A stretch of DNA of 64,000 nt from Octopus sinensis (lineage: Eukaryota), in NCBI RefSeq assembly GCF_006345805.1, contig NC_043007.1, positions 10,850,001-10,914,000 of the forward strand, in the 5' to 3' direction. Position numbers and translations under genes: made by a program. Each line of letters starts with the position of its first letter. Position 1 is the first letter of the stretch. Below, piece after piece: positions 25,919 to 39,535 of this stretch. The notes under the pieces are model-generated. The model searched no databases. It saw nothing but the letters and a program-made list of their open reading frames with translations, and was not told where the DNA came from.

Positions 25919-27171
25919 TATTATCTTTTTATTAAAATTTTCTTTTTTTATGAGGCCTATTAATCATAAGGCTGTTTAATCAGCTTTCATGGCACATGGC
26001 TGAAATCACATTTGGTGAACAGGTCGCTAATCCGTTTCAGGGTTTAAGTTCCGCAATTTTTGAAGAGAGGAGACAAGTGAGTTGCATGGATTCCAGGATT
26101 TGACTGAAACTTTATTTTTATCACCTTGAACGGATGAAAAGCAAAGTTGGCCTCTCCTAGATTTGAACTCGAAAAATGTGACCCACGTGCTTATTTTCTT
26201 AGGTCTAGGTGCTTATGTCGGCCTCATTTACCAAAGCAATAAGTTACGGGAACGCAAACAAACCATGACTGGTCGTCGAGTGAAGTGTGTGTGTGGTGGG
26301 GAAGGAGAGATACATATATATGTAGATACAATGAGCTTCCACGCAGTTATTGTCTATCAAATCCACTCTCAATGTTATTGATCTGCCTCGTGGAACAGTA
26401 TGTACGGCCCAATGTACCATGGCGTCCCCAAAGTCCATCCCCTCCTCACCGTGGTTGGTACGCTGGCAACGGTTAGTGTCAGAGCTATGCAGTCGGGAAA
26501 TTCGGTTCCTGGTAGGGCCACCCAAGGCGGATTGGTTTGACACCGAGTGGTATTAGGGCCACAACCCGGCAGACGGGGCTCTGGCGAAAATTCTCGGGGT
26601 GTTTGTTTCGGCAACCGGTGGCTCCTCGGTCGTTCTGTCCCTGAGTCTGCGGACAATCTGCGGCAAACAGGATGTCTCTACATGCGGGATTGTTGGGGAC
26701 CGCTTGTGAAATCCACATATTCCCACGAAACTTCTTCCATGGAAGAAGAAGCCGACTAAGCCCGCCGAGGGTGAATGTCACCACAAGTACAAGTAAGTAC
26801 AATGTACCATGCTGTGAGGTTGGATTCGAACCCACGTGGTTGAAAGGCGAACGATGTCACGCTCAACTTATGTTGCTATTTATTTTGAGAGAAACTGTCT
26901 TGGGAAAAAAAATGGAGTAATTACGTGTAGATTATAAAAAAAAGCACACGTGTGCACGTACAGATGCGCTTCCATACGCACACTCAATCACACACATATG
27001 CACAGAGGTAGAAAACATCGTCTGGGATGTCATCGACCTAAAATATGTCAAATATACAACACTGTTAATATTCACTTGTCATAGAGATTCGTCAAAAAAC
27101 AGACGTAAACAATGTTTACACAGACACAGAAAGACTAACACGTACAGAGATACATACATGCATATATATAT

Positions 27172-27205
<34 letters not shown>

Positions 27206-27278
27206 ATATAGATATATATACACATATATATATACACATATATACACACACACACATATATATATATATGTATATATG

Positions 27279-27327
<49 letters not shown>

Positions 27328-28154
27328 ATATATAATATATAATATATATATATATATATATATTCATATATATATATATATAAACACATATATATATGTA
27401 TATATATATATATATATACTTACACATAAATGTTTTTGCATGTAAATACATGCAGACATACACACTCACACACACATATATACACACAAACATGTATATG
27501 TATATCATGCCTTTTGTATATTGGTCTATATACTATACGCTACAGGTCATTCCCATCATCAGCTGTCATGTGAAGGTCATGGTTTCGACACCTTCCGACA
27601 GAATCACACGTGCTCCAACGGAAATCAGACAGTTTAATGTCTTTCAGTGACCCTTCAAATATATCAACATTCGCAAGACTAATGTAAAACATGCAACAAA
27701 AAATGCGTCTCAGGTGGTCCGCACGATTTGCTAGAAATAGCAGTAAAAAAACATCGCTGAAAATGATCAAATAACACAAATTTTATTGCAAACGAGGAAA
27801 TGAAATAACGGATAATATTGAAACAGATGATCTTGAAAAATTGTTTATATGTTCACGGTTAAATGATTGACCTTTGATCGTAGTTCGATAGAAGAAGAGC
27901 TGAGATGATGCTAAGCAACAGCGAAAACAACAACAATAGAGCAACAACAAGCAACAAAATAAAAACACCTCAGATTGATGATAGATATATTCCGTTCAGT
28001 GCATCCGTGATGATGTCATCTGCTGGAAGGTGATGCGTTGTTTATCTGTGTTTATCGATGCCTGTCGCTGTCTACTTCGTGTTGTCTTTCTCCTGGCTGT
28101 TATCGTACAATGCCAAACAGGCATATGTGTATACGTCTGTGTATATATGCATAT

Positions 28155-28234
<80 letters not shown>

Positions 28235-28256
28235 ATGTATATATTATATATATATA

Positions 28257-28303
<47 letters not shown>

Positions 28304-28432
28304 TATATACACAATGGCGGTGCCCCAGCATGGCCACAGCAAAAGAGCTGAAACTGGAAAACATAAAACATAAAATATAAATACACATATATATGTATGT
28401 ATGTATGTGTGTGTATATACATACAAACATAC

Positions 28433-28463
<31 letters not shown>

Positions 28464-28469
28464 ATATAT

Positions 28470-28512
<43 letters not shown>

Positions 28513-28544
28513 GTATGTATGTATATGTATGTATGGGGAGAATT

Positions 28545-28727
28545 CACAAAAAAAACAAAGGCGAAGACAGGTGGTGTAGGCAACAAACAGATGTATTAGT
28601 ATAACGCTGGGGAAGTGAAAAAGTCTTTAACGTTTCGAGCCTACGCTCTCCCACAGGAAGGAACACAGAAAGAAACAAGGAGAGAAAATAAAGAATGTGT
28701 AGTGGCTAGCGATCTATCTTGGCGAAT
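28545..28727 (-). mobile_element. HHR family B repeat copy
   Basis: Homologous to 4128-4300; degenerate core at 28625-28660. Confidence 0.7.
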
Positions 28728-28879
28728 GTATATATATATATATATTTATATACATATGTATGTATATATATTCTTAATCGTTTCATTTCCTTCCCCGTTG
28801 CTATACTGTAGCGTATCACTGCTTTAGCTTTCGCTAATTCTGTCTATGCAAGTCTCAATTGATATATGTATGCCTTATG

Positions 28880-29245
28880 TCTTTTACTTGTTTCAGTGAT
28901 TACACTGTGGCCATGCTGGGGCACCGCCTTGAAGAATTTCTAATCGAACGAATCGTCCCGAGTGTTTGATTATTTTGCTAACCCCGCTACTTGCTTTTAT
29001 TGGTGTCATTTGCCGACCGTTAGGTTACGCTGACATAAACACAAGAACACCGGTTGTCGATCGTGATGGAGGACAAGCAACACACACACATACACACATA
29101 CGTTGGGATTCTTCCTGTTTCCGTCTATGTAATCTACTCACAAAGCTTTGGTCGGCTGGAAGACACCTGCTCAAGATGTCACGCAGCGGGACTGAACCTG
29201 GAATCTTGTCATTAGAATGCAAACTTCTTACCGCTCAACCACGTA
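28880..29245 (-). mobile_element. Diverged SINE family A
   Basis: Homology to other family A copies. Confidence 0.7.
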
Positions 29246-29287
29246 CATATATATATGCCAGCTCGCCGCCTTATTGGCAGTAATTAC

Positions 29288-29324
<37 letters not shown>

Positions 29325-29368
29325 AGAGACTGGTACATCCTCAAAATTTATTTCCTTTTATTTTACAA

Positions 29369-29668
29369 CTAGCAGTATCGCCCGGCGTTGCTCGGGTTTG
29401 TAAGGGAAATAACTATATAGCATTTTAGTGAGTTACTTCCCTTATATAATAGCGAAAAAATGCATTAAAAATGGGAAAAAATGATGGTAAATTTTTTTTA
29501 AATCGTAGACTCATCGTAGACGCGCGCTAATACCCAGAAGGGCTCGATATGAATCACGACTATAAGATACCCGGTTTTGGTTAAACTGCACCGCAAAATG
29601 TGGGAGTAGTTAGGAATCTAAATCGTAGGAGACAGACACTCACACAACTTCACTTTTATATATAAAGA
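29369..29668 (-). mobile_element. Non-autonomous Helitron
   Basis: Minus strand A|TC...CCCGAGCAACGCCGGG hairpin...CTAG|T; no TSD. Confidence 0.85.
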
Positions 29669-29901
29669 TATGTCAAACAGCATATTTTTATGGTTGCAAC
29701 GACCTACACGTGTTACCGCTGCACAGAGTACAGCAGTTGCATGTGCAACTGGACATAATTTTCTGTACACCTTCGTTCAGGGTCCTTCGAGAAGCTTCGC
29801 TCGAAGCAAACTGAATTCACTGACATTGTAAAATAGAAGGAAATAAATCTTGAGGGTATATCAGTCTCTATATTCTTTATCGTTATAATTATTGCATTTA
29901 C

Positions 29902-30313
29902 AAAGGCGGCGAGCTGGCAGAAACGTTAGCACGCCGGGCGAAGTGCGTAGCCCTATTTCGTCTGCCGTTACGTTCTGAGTTCAAATTCCGCCGAAGTCGA
30001 CTTTGCATTTCATCCTTTCGGGGTCGATTAAATAAGTACCAGTTACGCACTGGGGTCGATATAATCGACATAATGACATAATCCGTTTGTCTGTCCTTGT
30101 CTGTCCTTGTTTGTCCGTTCTGTGTTTAACCCCTTGTAGGTAGTAAAGAAATAGGTATTTTGTTCTTTACGTTCTGAGTTCAAATTCCGCCATGGTCGAC
30201 TTTGCCTTTCATCCTTTCGGGGTCGATTAAATAAGTACCAGTTGCGTACTGGGGTCGATCTAATCGACTGGCCTCGTCCCCCCAAAAATTCCGGCTTTGA
30301 GTAGGAAAGAATT
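29902..30313 (+). mobile_element. SINE family B, dimeric
   Basis: One head and two bodies joined at GTAAAGAAATA|GGTATT. Confidence 0.88.
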
Positions 30314-30361
30314 ATTGCATACACGTACACTCACACACACATATATGTATATACATACATA

Positions 30362-30412
<51 letters not shown>

Positions 30413-30974
30413 GTAAAAACCAAATCTTACATTTCAGTCTCCTTTGTTGTCTAGCAACTCCATTAAATTCAGGATAAATAATAACTGAATAAATTAGCTA
30501 AATAAATAAATCGAAAAGCAAACAATTTTAAGAAATTCTTACACATATGTCTGATCAAAATGAATCTTGACTTCACTCCAACTTTCGCGTTATATTTTCT
30601 CAGACTTTTTGTTCCCATTGATTTTCGTAGAAATTTAAGCGAAATAATTCAAATTACACCAAATAAATATTACGTAATTTTTTTCTTTTATTTAAACCAG
30701 TTTAAATCATTTTTATATTTGGTGATATTAAAACAGACGATATTGTCTTCACCAAATTTCTTCTCCACTTTTATGACACTCAATTTCTTTCTTTCTTTCT
30801 TACTTTCTTTCTTTCTTTCTTTCTTCCTTTCTTTTTCTTGTAGATATATGTTTTGTCACAATGGTAGTTTAAAAGCTGTCTGAACAGAGACATTTCACTA
30901 AAAAATACATATATACATACGTACGTACATGTATGCATAGATACACACCTATCTATTTATCTAGCTATCTATCC

Positions 30975-31032
<58 letters not shown>

Positions 31033-31109
31033 ATATATATATATATCTATCGATCTATCTATCTATTTATTTATCTATCTATCTATTTATCTATCTATCT
31101 ATCTACCTG

Positions 31110-33562
31110 GCGAGGTTGGCCCTCGACCAACACTTCAACGCCAAACACGAAGGATGTGCTGTCAGAGCTAGGATGCGTGCTCTAAGGAACGAAGGTGTTG
31201 GAGCCGCGAGAGAGGCCCGGGTGGCAGAGGCGCAACAGGCAACAAACAAGCCACCATTCGGTCACTGGTAGATGAACAGGGGCGCGAATTGCTCGAGCCA
31301 GTAAAATGTGTGAGGCCTTTCAGCAGCATTTTGCCCGACTGTTCGGAACGAGTGGAGGGCAAGAACGTAGGGTGGACTTCAGTGCCTACCTACATAGCCT
31401 ACCACGACTCTCGACAAAAAGGCAGGGTGCTGCGAAGGTGCCATCACGGCGGCGGAAGTGCGGGAAGCGATGGCAGAATGCTCGAGGGACAAATCACCGG
31501 GTTTGGATGGTCTACCCTACGAGCTTTACAATTGTATGCCAGACTTGTTTGGAGATCTCTTGGCGGCGGTGTACTGCAACTGGCAGCAAAACGGGAGCAT
31601 TCCTGGTTTTGTGAGCCGAGGAGCCGTAACACTGCTGAAGAAAGATCTAAACAAGGGAAATGTAATAGATAACTTTAGGCCCATCACTCTGCTTAATGCA
31701 GACTTGAAAATTTTGGCCAAGGTGCTAGCCAAGAGGTTGGCGCTTGTCATCGAGAAACTGGTCGACAAGGCGCAAACATGCGCCGTGCCAGGCCGGACCA
31801 TCCATGACAACCTCCATCTGATGCGCTACATCATAGACAGGGTAGTTAACGAACCTGGCATGGGTGGGGCCCTGATCAACTTGGATCAATCAAAAGCCTT
31901 TGATAGGGTAGACCATCGATACTTGGAGGCAGTCCTGAGAGCGGCTGGTTTCGGTCCCGTCTTCCGCGGCTGGATAGCTGCCTTGTACAGAGGCATCCGT
32001 TCGGTAATTCGCGTAAATGGACATCTATCGAGACCTTTCGACATTGCACGTTCGGTCCGTCAGGGATGCCCCCTCTCGGCGCTTCTATACGTATTGACTC
32101 TTGAGCCACTACTGCGGAAGCTGGCGACTCTAAGGGGCATCCCGCGAGAATTGGGATGCGGGACGAGCGTGTCTGCATACGCGGACGACGTCACCGTCAT
32201 AGTGTCTAGCCACGAGCACATCGAGCTGGTCGGCGAGACACTGAAAAACTACGAAGCGGTGACAGGAGCGAAAATCAACCGGGAAAAGTCAGTGGGCTTG
32301 CGACTAGGCACCTGGAGAAGCAAGCCCATGCCGTCCACCAGCGCCTCCGTCGTGGGACGCTGGACCGACGGCCCGGTTGAGTTGCTCGGGGTCTGGTTTG
32401 GTCCGGACCTCCAAGTGGAGAAGAACTGGAACGAGATAACGAGTAGGGTGGTCACTCTCGCCCGGCAATGGGCCGAGAGGAAACTGTCCCTAAAAGGTCG
32501 AGCGGAGGTGGCGAACACGTACATCGCGTCCGTCATCTACTACCGCCTGACCGTCGTACCTTGTCCCGACCCTACCATCACCAAACTACAACGCATCCTC
32601 TTTCGCTTCTTGTGGAAGGATGCGTCCCGATGGTCAGGCGATCCATTTGCTGTCAACACCCGTTAAAAGGAGGGCTGGGCATGCCGTGGTTGATGATGCG
32701 CAGACACGCGCTGAGACTGCGACATCTCTGGCTCTATGTAGACGACGGTGAACAGGTGTGGTCGCCGTTTGTGAGGCACGCTTTCCCGCAGCTCGTCTCC
32801 ATGACCGAACTGCAGTCGTGGATCAAAAAGAGGCCGAGGAAGGGCGAATGGCACCGCGAGTGTCGCGTTGCTCTCAAGCAACTCTGCCGTCCTGGGTCGA
32901 CCTTAAGTGACTTCAACACAACCAAAGCATTCTATAGGGGTTTAGTGGAGGGGAGGTACGACGACGAGCTCGGGGCGAACCTGGACGTCGACGAGGAGTA
33001 CCTGACCCGCCTGTTCGGGACGACTTTCGGGCCAGGGCCCATGGACAACTTCCAGAGATCCCTGGCCTGGCAGTGCTACCGAGAAGCGCTACCCGTTCGG
33101 GATAAGCTCTACAGACACGGCTCGAGAAACACGGGGCCGACCTGCCCGAGATGCGGTCAGAGCGACGAAACCGTTCTGCACGCACTCGTTCAGTGTCCAA
33201 CAATTTCCGACCTGTGGGCTTATGTCGAACAACTGCTGTCACGTGTGGGACGAGTCGGTTTATCAGCTGAGTCTATCGTCAATATTGTCACGCCTCCTTC
33301 CTTCAAACGGGAAGGAAGAGCTATTTTCATCATCCTTGTGGCTATGGCGAAAGAATGTATCTGGTGGACGCGTCTGAAAGGATTGGAGACAAACACTTTC
33401 CTCTCTGGTCAATCTCTCATCACCTTCTTCAAGTACCACTTGAAAAGGAAAGTGAGAGTAGAGAGGCAAGTTTTGTCTAGCGAATGTTTTAAAAAAAGAT
33501 GGGTGAATGTAGCAAGAATGGCACGTATGAATGACGAAGCCACCTTGAGCATAATCCTATGA
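31110..33562 (+). pseudogene. Tx1 ORF2 (RT plus zinc knuckle; endonuclease missing), four -1 frameshifts
   Basis: Frame changes near 31240, 31305, 31420 and 32620; no in-frame stops seen in the stitched frame; stop at 33562. Confidence 0.85.
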
Positions 33563-33961
33563 ACCCAGAAATCGAAAACAGAGAGTTGCTTATTTGCAAA
33601 AAAAAAAAAAAAAAAATATAAAATGTGACTTCATTGACCGAGTTTACCGTGGTCTTTTCCGCAGGCTTTTCTTTCCACGGGTAAACCTCACCTGTCCTCC
33701 CCTTTACACTTCATATTGACATTTCTGTGATAACGATCCCTATTGATCATTTTTTTTTCCTCCTCCCCCCCCCTTTTTTTTTTTTTTTTTTTTTTAACCC
33801 CCCTTATTTTTGTCCTCTTTCTCTCCTTTTACGATCCCTTTTGATCGAACCTCCCCCTTCCTTTTTTTTTTTTTTTTTTTTTTTTTAATCCTTCAAAAGA
33901 AAAGCTCTACCTTGTAATTTGTTCTATCTGTGTGCAGCCCTGTGTGGCTAATAAAGAAACA
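31110..33961 (+). mobile_element. Tx1/L1-clade LINE, 5'-truncated, with 14-bp TSD
   Basis: TATCTATCTACCTG at 31096-31109 and 33962-33975. ORF2 RT motifs (KSPGLDGLP, RPITLLNADLKILAK, LDQSKAFDRV, RQGCPLS, YADD) and a C-terminal CPRC..ETVLHALVQC knuckle. Poly(T)/poly(C) 3' UTR ending AATAAAGAAACA. Confidence 0.93.
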
Positions 33962-34577
33962 TATCTATCTACCTGTCTGTTTGTCTGTCTATAAATCTAT
34001 TTACACAAATGCATACACATATACACGCACACACACATGTATGCATATACATATACACATATAACTATATCAGTAGGTATGTGTATATATATGTGTGTAT
34101 AAATATGTATCTATATAAATGTGTGTGTGTCTGTGTGTGTGTACAGATATACACGCACGCACTGAATTTGAAGGTATCTGCTTTTGAAAATATATGTCGC
34201 AAATAAAAAGTAACAAAACGAAAAGTGTACACACACACACACATACACGCACACACACACACACACCACACACATACACACACATACACACACATACACA
34301 CACACATACACACACACACACAAACAAAATTTCTAAGGTGTCTAAGAAATTAAACATGTGTTAGAATTTAATAAACAAAACTGACATGATATCATAGGAA
34401 ATACATAATACGTATTTGTAACCACAATAAAGATAGAAATAGAAATAAAAAAACACTTCTAAGTATACAAAATATGGTTTCTTCACGTGATGACAAAAGC
34501 AAATTTTCTTTCTAATGAAGGTACAGAGATCTTTGTAGATTTAGAGATATTTCTGCATCATATATTTGTATTTTAAA

Positions 34578-34668
<91 letters not shown>

Positions 34669-34833
34669 TTATCTTTCTAACTATCCGGCTGTATGTCTCT
34701 CTGCCTGCTTATATATCTATCTGTCTATCTATCAGTCTATCAGTCTATATGTCTGTCTTTCTATCTATGTGTCTGTCTATCAATCTATCTACCTATCCAT
34801 CAATCTGTCTGTCTATCTATGTATCTGTCTAAT

Positions 34834-35310
<477 letters not shown>

Positions 35311-35319
35311 TATACCAAT

Positions 35320-36160
35320 CTGCAAGGTGTTCGAGCTAAATTTGACAGTTTATATAAAAGGAAAAGAAAACAATATCCCATCCAAAAATTAAAATATTTG
35401 AAAAAAGTCAAAAAAATATTGGCTAAATTATGGCCAGGAGACAACAGGTTACTCAGAGTTGCCGCCCTCAATTCCCACCACATCCTCAAGAGGTTTCTGG
35501 AACTTGGCACATGCGTTTTTCACTGTGTCTGTGGGAAGATCTTCCAATACATTCTTCTTCATCTTGGCCACCAACTCGGCCTTACTGTTGCGTGCAGAGT
35601 GATTTGTGTCTCTCTCTCCCAGCCGTGCTCCACACTTAGTCAGTAATACGTAGGATCATAGTCGGTGGAATTCGGAGTCGAGAAATGTGGCTGGTGAAGC
35701 CATAGTAATTCTCTGAAAAACCACTGCTAACCCTTTCCAGAAGTATGGCAAGGAGCCAAATCCTGCAACCCTCTTTAATCAGGAAATAACCATAGTCTCA
35801 AGAAACTTCACATAGCCATCTGAACTGAGCCTAAGGCCCTGTTCAATGATGTTGGGATAAATTTCGGCGTGCAGATGCAATCCGAACGCCTGCCGTGTCT
35901 CTCTCTCTATTGGTAGGGCTTCGTAGTCTCTATTACAGCTGTGCATCTCTCGGTTACAGCTTCTGCAGTATTCACAGAACAGTTGTCATGAGCTCAGCAT
36001 TTTGATACCCGGCGGGAATAAACAGATTAGAGGTGATTCTTTTCCCAATATTCAGATGGCTTCCAGTTCTCCATGTCAGTTGACTTGTTCTCAACACCAT
36101 TAATCTTTATGCTCTTCAACACCGTTGACTATTCACCAGTACAACAAGCTCTTCCTGAAA
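35320..36160 (-). pseudogene. Degenerate Tc1/mariner-superfamily transposase remnant
   Basis: Minus strand: GLRLSSDGYVKFLE and ..DTNHSARNSKAELVAK..EDLPTDTVKNACAKF..LEDVVGIEGG*, a typical Tc1-like C-terminus. Confidence 0.65.
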
Positions 36161-36207
36161 TAAAAAGAAGACAAACATATATATATATATATATAATAAT
36201 AATAATC

Positions 36208-36261
<54 letters not shown>

Positions 36262-36664
36262 TAATAATAGGGATCATCTAGTGGTTTTATCTCTAATGTA
36301 ATTTATATATATATATATATATATATTGATTCGAAACTCTATTCTGCACTCTTCGTCGGCTAATATTGCTCAACGAATGTTTTTATGTTCATAAATTCTG
36401 ATGATCAAATTAATTTTCTCCTGTCTCTCATCAGTAGCATTAATCAATACACACATACACACACACATGTATGTATGTGTAATACGTTGTGTGTCATCAA
36501 TATATATTCAATACGCTCCATGTATTTTTGTATTTACGTGTATTCCTCTGTTAATTATTCTATTTCATATATTCCACTATATTCCAGTGTTACCTTTTAT
36601 ATTCACCTTACTGAGATGTATCACGTTTTCAACTTCAACCTAATCATGAATTTCTCGATTTCAG

Positions 36665-36718
36665 CAGAACAAAAACCAAAGAACTTGAGATTACATATTG
36701 AAATGTATGAAGGCCAAG
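36665..36718 (+). CDS. Possible isolated 54-nt internal exon (phase 1-1), (A)EQKPKNLRLHIEMYEGQ(G)
   Basis: TTTCTCGATTTCAG acceptor and AG|GTATGT donor, frame-preserving, in non-repeat sequence; no partner exons identified. Confidence 0.35.
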
Positions 36719-37110
36719 GTATGTTGCTGCCGCCTCATGTCTGTACAAGAAATATAGTCCTTCAGGAATTTCTTTTAGAGAATGTGAATAATAACGCTTA
36801 TTATGTACATTCGTAACGTTTGCACGGAATGTGTACAATATGTACATATTCCGGGATAAAATGAGTAACTTCCGATTTCTCGTTATTTTTTCCCTACCAT
36901 TTTGAAATCCTTACATTGAAAATATTGCATTATCATTTTGTGTTCCTACATTATATTTTGGAATTAAAATTGGTGAGCAAAGTTGTTGTTGGAGTTGAGG
37001 AAATCTGATATATAGTCAAGAGGTAGGCCCTCGTTTTTCCAGAAAATGTTCGTCAAATTTGACTCGATTGTAATTGAAGTCGCTAATAAAATATCTGGAT
37101 AGTTTATGTT

Positions 37111-37344
37111 AAAGCGGCAAGCTGGCAAAAGCGTTAGCACGCCGGGCAAAATGCGTAACCGTATTTCGTCTGCCGTTACGTTCTGAGTTCAAATTCCGCC
37201 GAGGTCGACTTTGCCTTTCATCCTTTCGGGGTCGATAAATTAAGTACCAGTTACGCACTGGGATCAATGTAATCGACTTAATCCGTTTGTCCGTCCTCGT
37301 TTGTCCCCTCTGTGTTTAGCCCCTTGTGGGTAGTAAAGAAATAG
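37111..37344 (+). mobile_element. SINE family B with 20-bp TSD
   Basis: ATATCTGGATAGTTTATGTT at 37091-37110 and 37345-37364. Confidence 0.92.
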
Positions 37345-37437
37345 ATATCTGGATAGTTTATGTTGCTTAACAATCAATATTTTTTTCTCTGTGGATTCCG
37401 AGTCAATTTTTTCCTATATTAATGTTTTATTTGATAA

Positions 37438-37937
37438 CTAGCAGTATCGCCCGGCGTTGCTCGGGTTTGTAAGGGAAATAACTATATAAGCATTTTTAGA
37501 GAGTTACTTCCCTTATAGATGACAATTCGGGCTTTCTTAGCCATTTCTGTTTTGGTGTCTTCAAGCCATGAAGTCGTTGTTCTAAAAGAACGCTGGTCTC
37601 CTTGACAACGCTTTACGATGTTGATTTCCTTACACTCCCTTCCCCACAGCTTCACGAGGGAGAAGCAAACAGGTGCAGGTGTGACCATGGACGCCAACTC
37701 CGCCGCCATCGACACACGAAAAATTATGCATTAAAATGGAATAAAAAAATGATGTTAAATTATTTTTAAAATCGTAGACTCATCGTAGACGCGCGCTAAT
37801 ACTCAGACGGGCTCGATATGAATCACGACTATAAGATACCCGAATTTGGTTAAACTGCACCGCAAAATGTGGGAGTAGTTAGGAATCTAAATCGAAGGGG
37901 ACAGACACTCAAACAACTACAGTTTTATATATATAGA
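37438..37937 (-). mobile_element. Non-autonomous Helitron, longer variant
   Basis: Same termini as 29369-29668, plus ~200 bp extra at ~37516-37720. Confidence 0.85.
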
Positions 37938-38711
37938 TTTCCAAGTTTTTTTAAAAAAAGCCTAAAATGGGGTAAAATGAGTAATGTTTAATTTCAATAA
38001 TTTCTTCTCTTTAAAGAAGAAGAAGAAGAAGAAGAAGAAGAAGAAGAAGAAGAAGAAGAAGAAGAAGAAGAAGAAGAAGACAGCAGCAGCAGCAACAACA
38101 ACCACGAGAGTAAATAGTTCGTTTCTGTGTTGTAAGTGCAACTATTAGAAATAGCAGCCGACACAACCTCAAAAAAACACACATTGCTATCTCGTAAATA
38201 ACAGTACACGCTTCAGGCAGTTTTTTCTCAGACGAAACTCGTGACCGACTCTTCGCAGTATCAACGAAGTCAATAGGTAAAATTACTAGAAACAATATAC
38301 TCTTGAGAGTAGATTCTTATCAAAGAGCTGCACAGTTGCGTATATAAAATTTAAATTACCGAATTGAAGCTAAATTTGTAAATATTCAAGTACACTGGGA
38401 ATGTTAGTTGACGAATATTTATACATATAGATTCTGTTTCGTGATTTAAAATTTATATATCTGAAATTATTCTGTATTTTGGTGAAGAGAATCTACACCC
38501 TGGAGAATTGGTGGTCGAAACTTAGCATATTTCTACTTTGTTTACAATATCCAGTGTTTAGTTTCCATCGGCCACGAGTGTATATAAAGTAGTTCACACA
38601 GTAGAAGTACTCCTGTTATGGTTTTTCTGATGACGTGAATGTATATAAATATACATCATACACACACACACATGCGCACACACACACACACACACACACA
38701 CAACACACACA

Positions 38712-38754
<43 letters not shown>

Positions 38755-38938
38755 TTCTTTTTTTGTGTTTCTGTTACGGAAATATAATGAAGTCCGGGTT
38801 TGAAAAAAAATTAATATGTATTTTTATTTTAAGATGTATCACTTGACAGAGATAAAGTGCATTCCACACCCATACACACTCACACAGATGCACACGCACA
38901 CACACAAACACATCTGTGTGCGCGTGCGCGCGCGTTTA

Positions 38939-38974
<36 letters not shown>

Positions 38975-38977
<3 letters not shown>

Positions 38978-39215
38978 CTGGTGGTTAGGGCGTTGCGCTC
39001 ACGACCATGTAATCGTGGTTTCAATTCCTAGACCGGGTGGTGTGTTGTGTTTTTGAGTAAAAATCTGTATCTCAAGGCACTCTGGAATCTCTGCGACACC
39101 CTTCGTGTGGCACACCGCGCACCTGTCCTCAGGCAACGTCGATTTGATGGAGGAGAAGGAGCTGATGGTCACCTTAAACAAATCATTCGTGCCGATCTTT
39201 CGGCGAAATCTGACC
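38975..39215 (+). mobile_element. tRNA-derived SINE (family C-type head)
   Basis: GGCCTGGTGGTTAGGGCG...GGTTTCAATTCC. Confidence 0.6.
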
Positions 39216-39535
39216 ACTCATCATTTCATCATCATTGTTTGACCGTGGTCGAGACAATGGAATTTACCATGCTACGCCAGACTTCACGGTCCATCATGGC
39301 ATTACGGAGGTCCTATTGCTGGATGCCTGTATCCCTGGAGATTACATCAGGGTAGGAGAGTGTGCGCCCTCTGGCATTGCGAGTAGATGGCTTCCAGAGG
39401 AGAAGAGTAGAAATTACTTCCTTTTCAGCTCTACAACAATGTCCAGCAAACTGGACTCTCCTACCTTTCACAAGAGATGACACAGGTGGTAGTTTCCCAT
39501 ATATTTGCATTTTGGTTGGATGGCGCTTCCACTAG
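39215..39535 (-). mobile_element. RTE-clade LINE 3' end
   Basis: IYGKLPPVSSLVKGRRVQFAGHC.R...LLW.P..RGRTLSYPD..DLRNAMMDREVWR followed by a (TGA)n-like tail. Confidence 0.85.
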
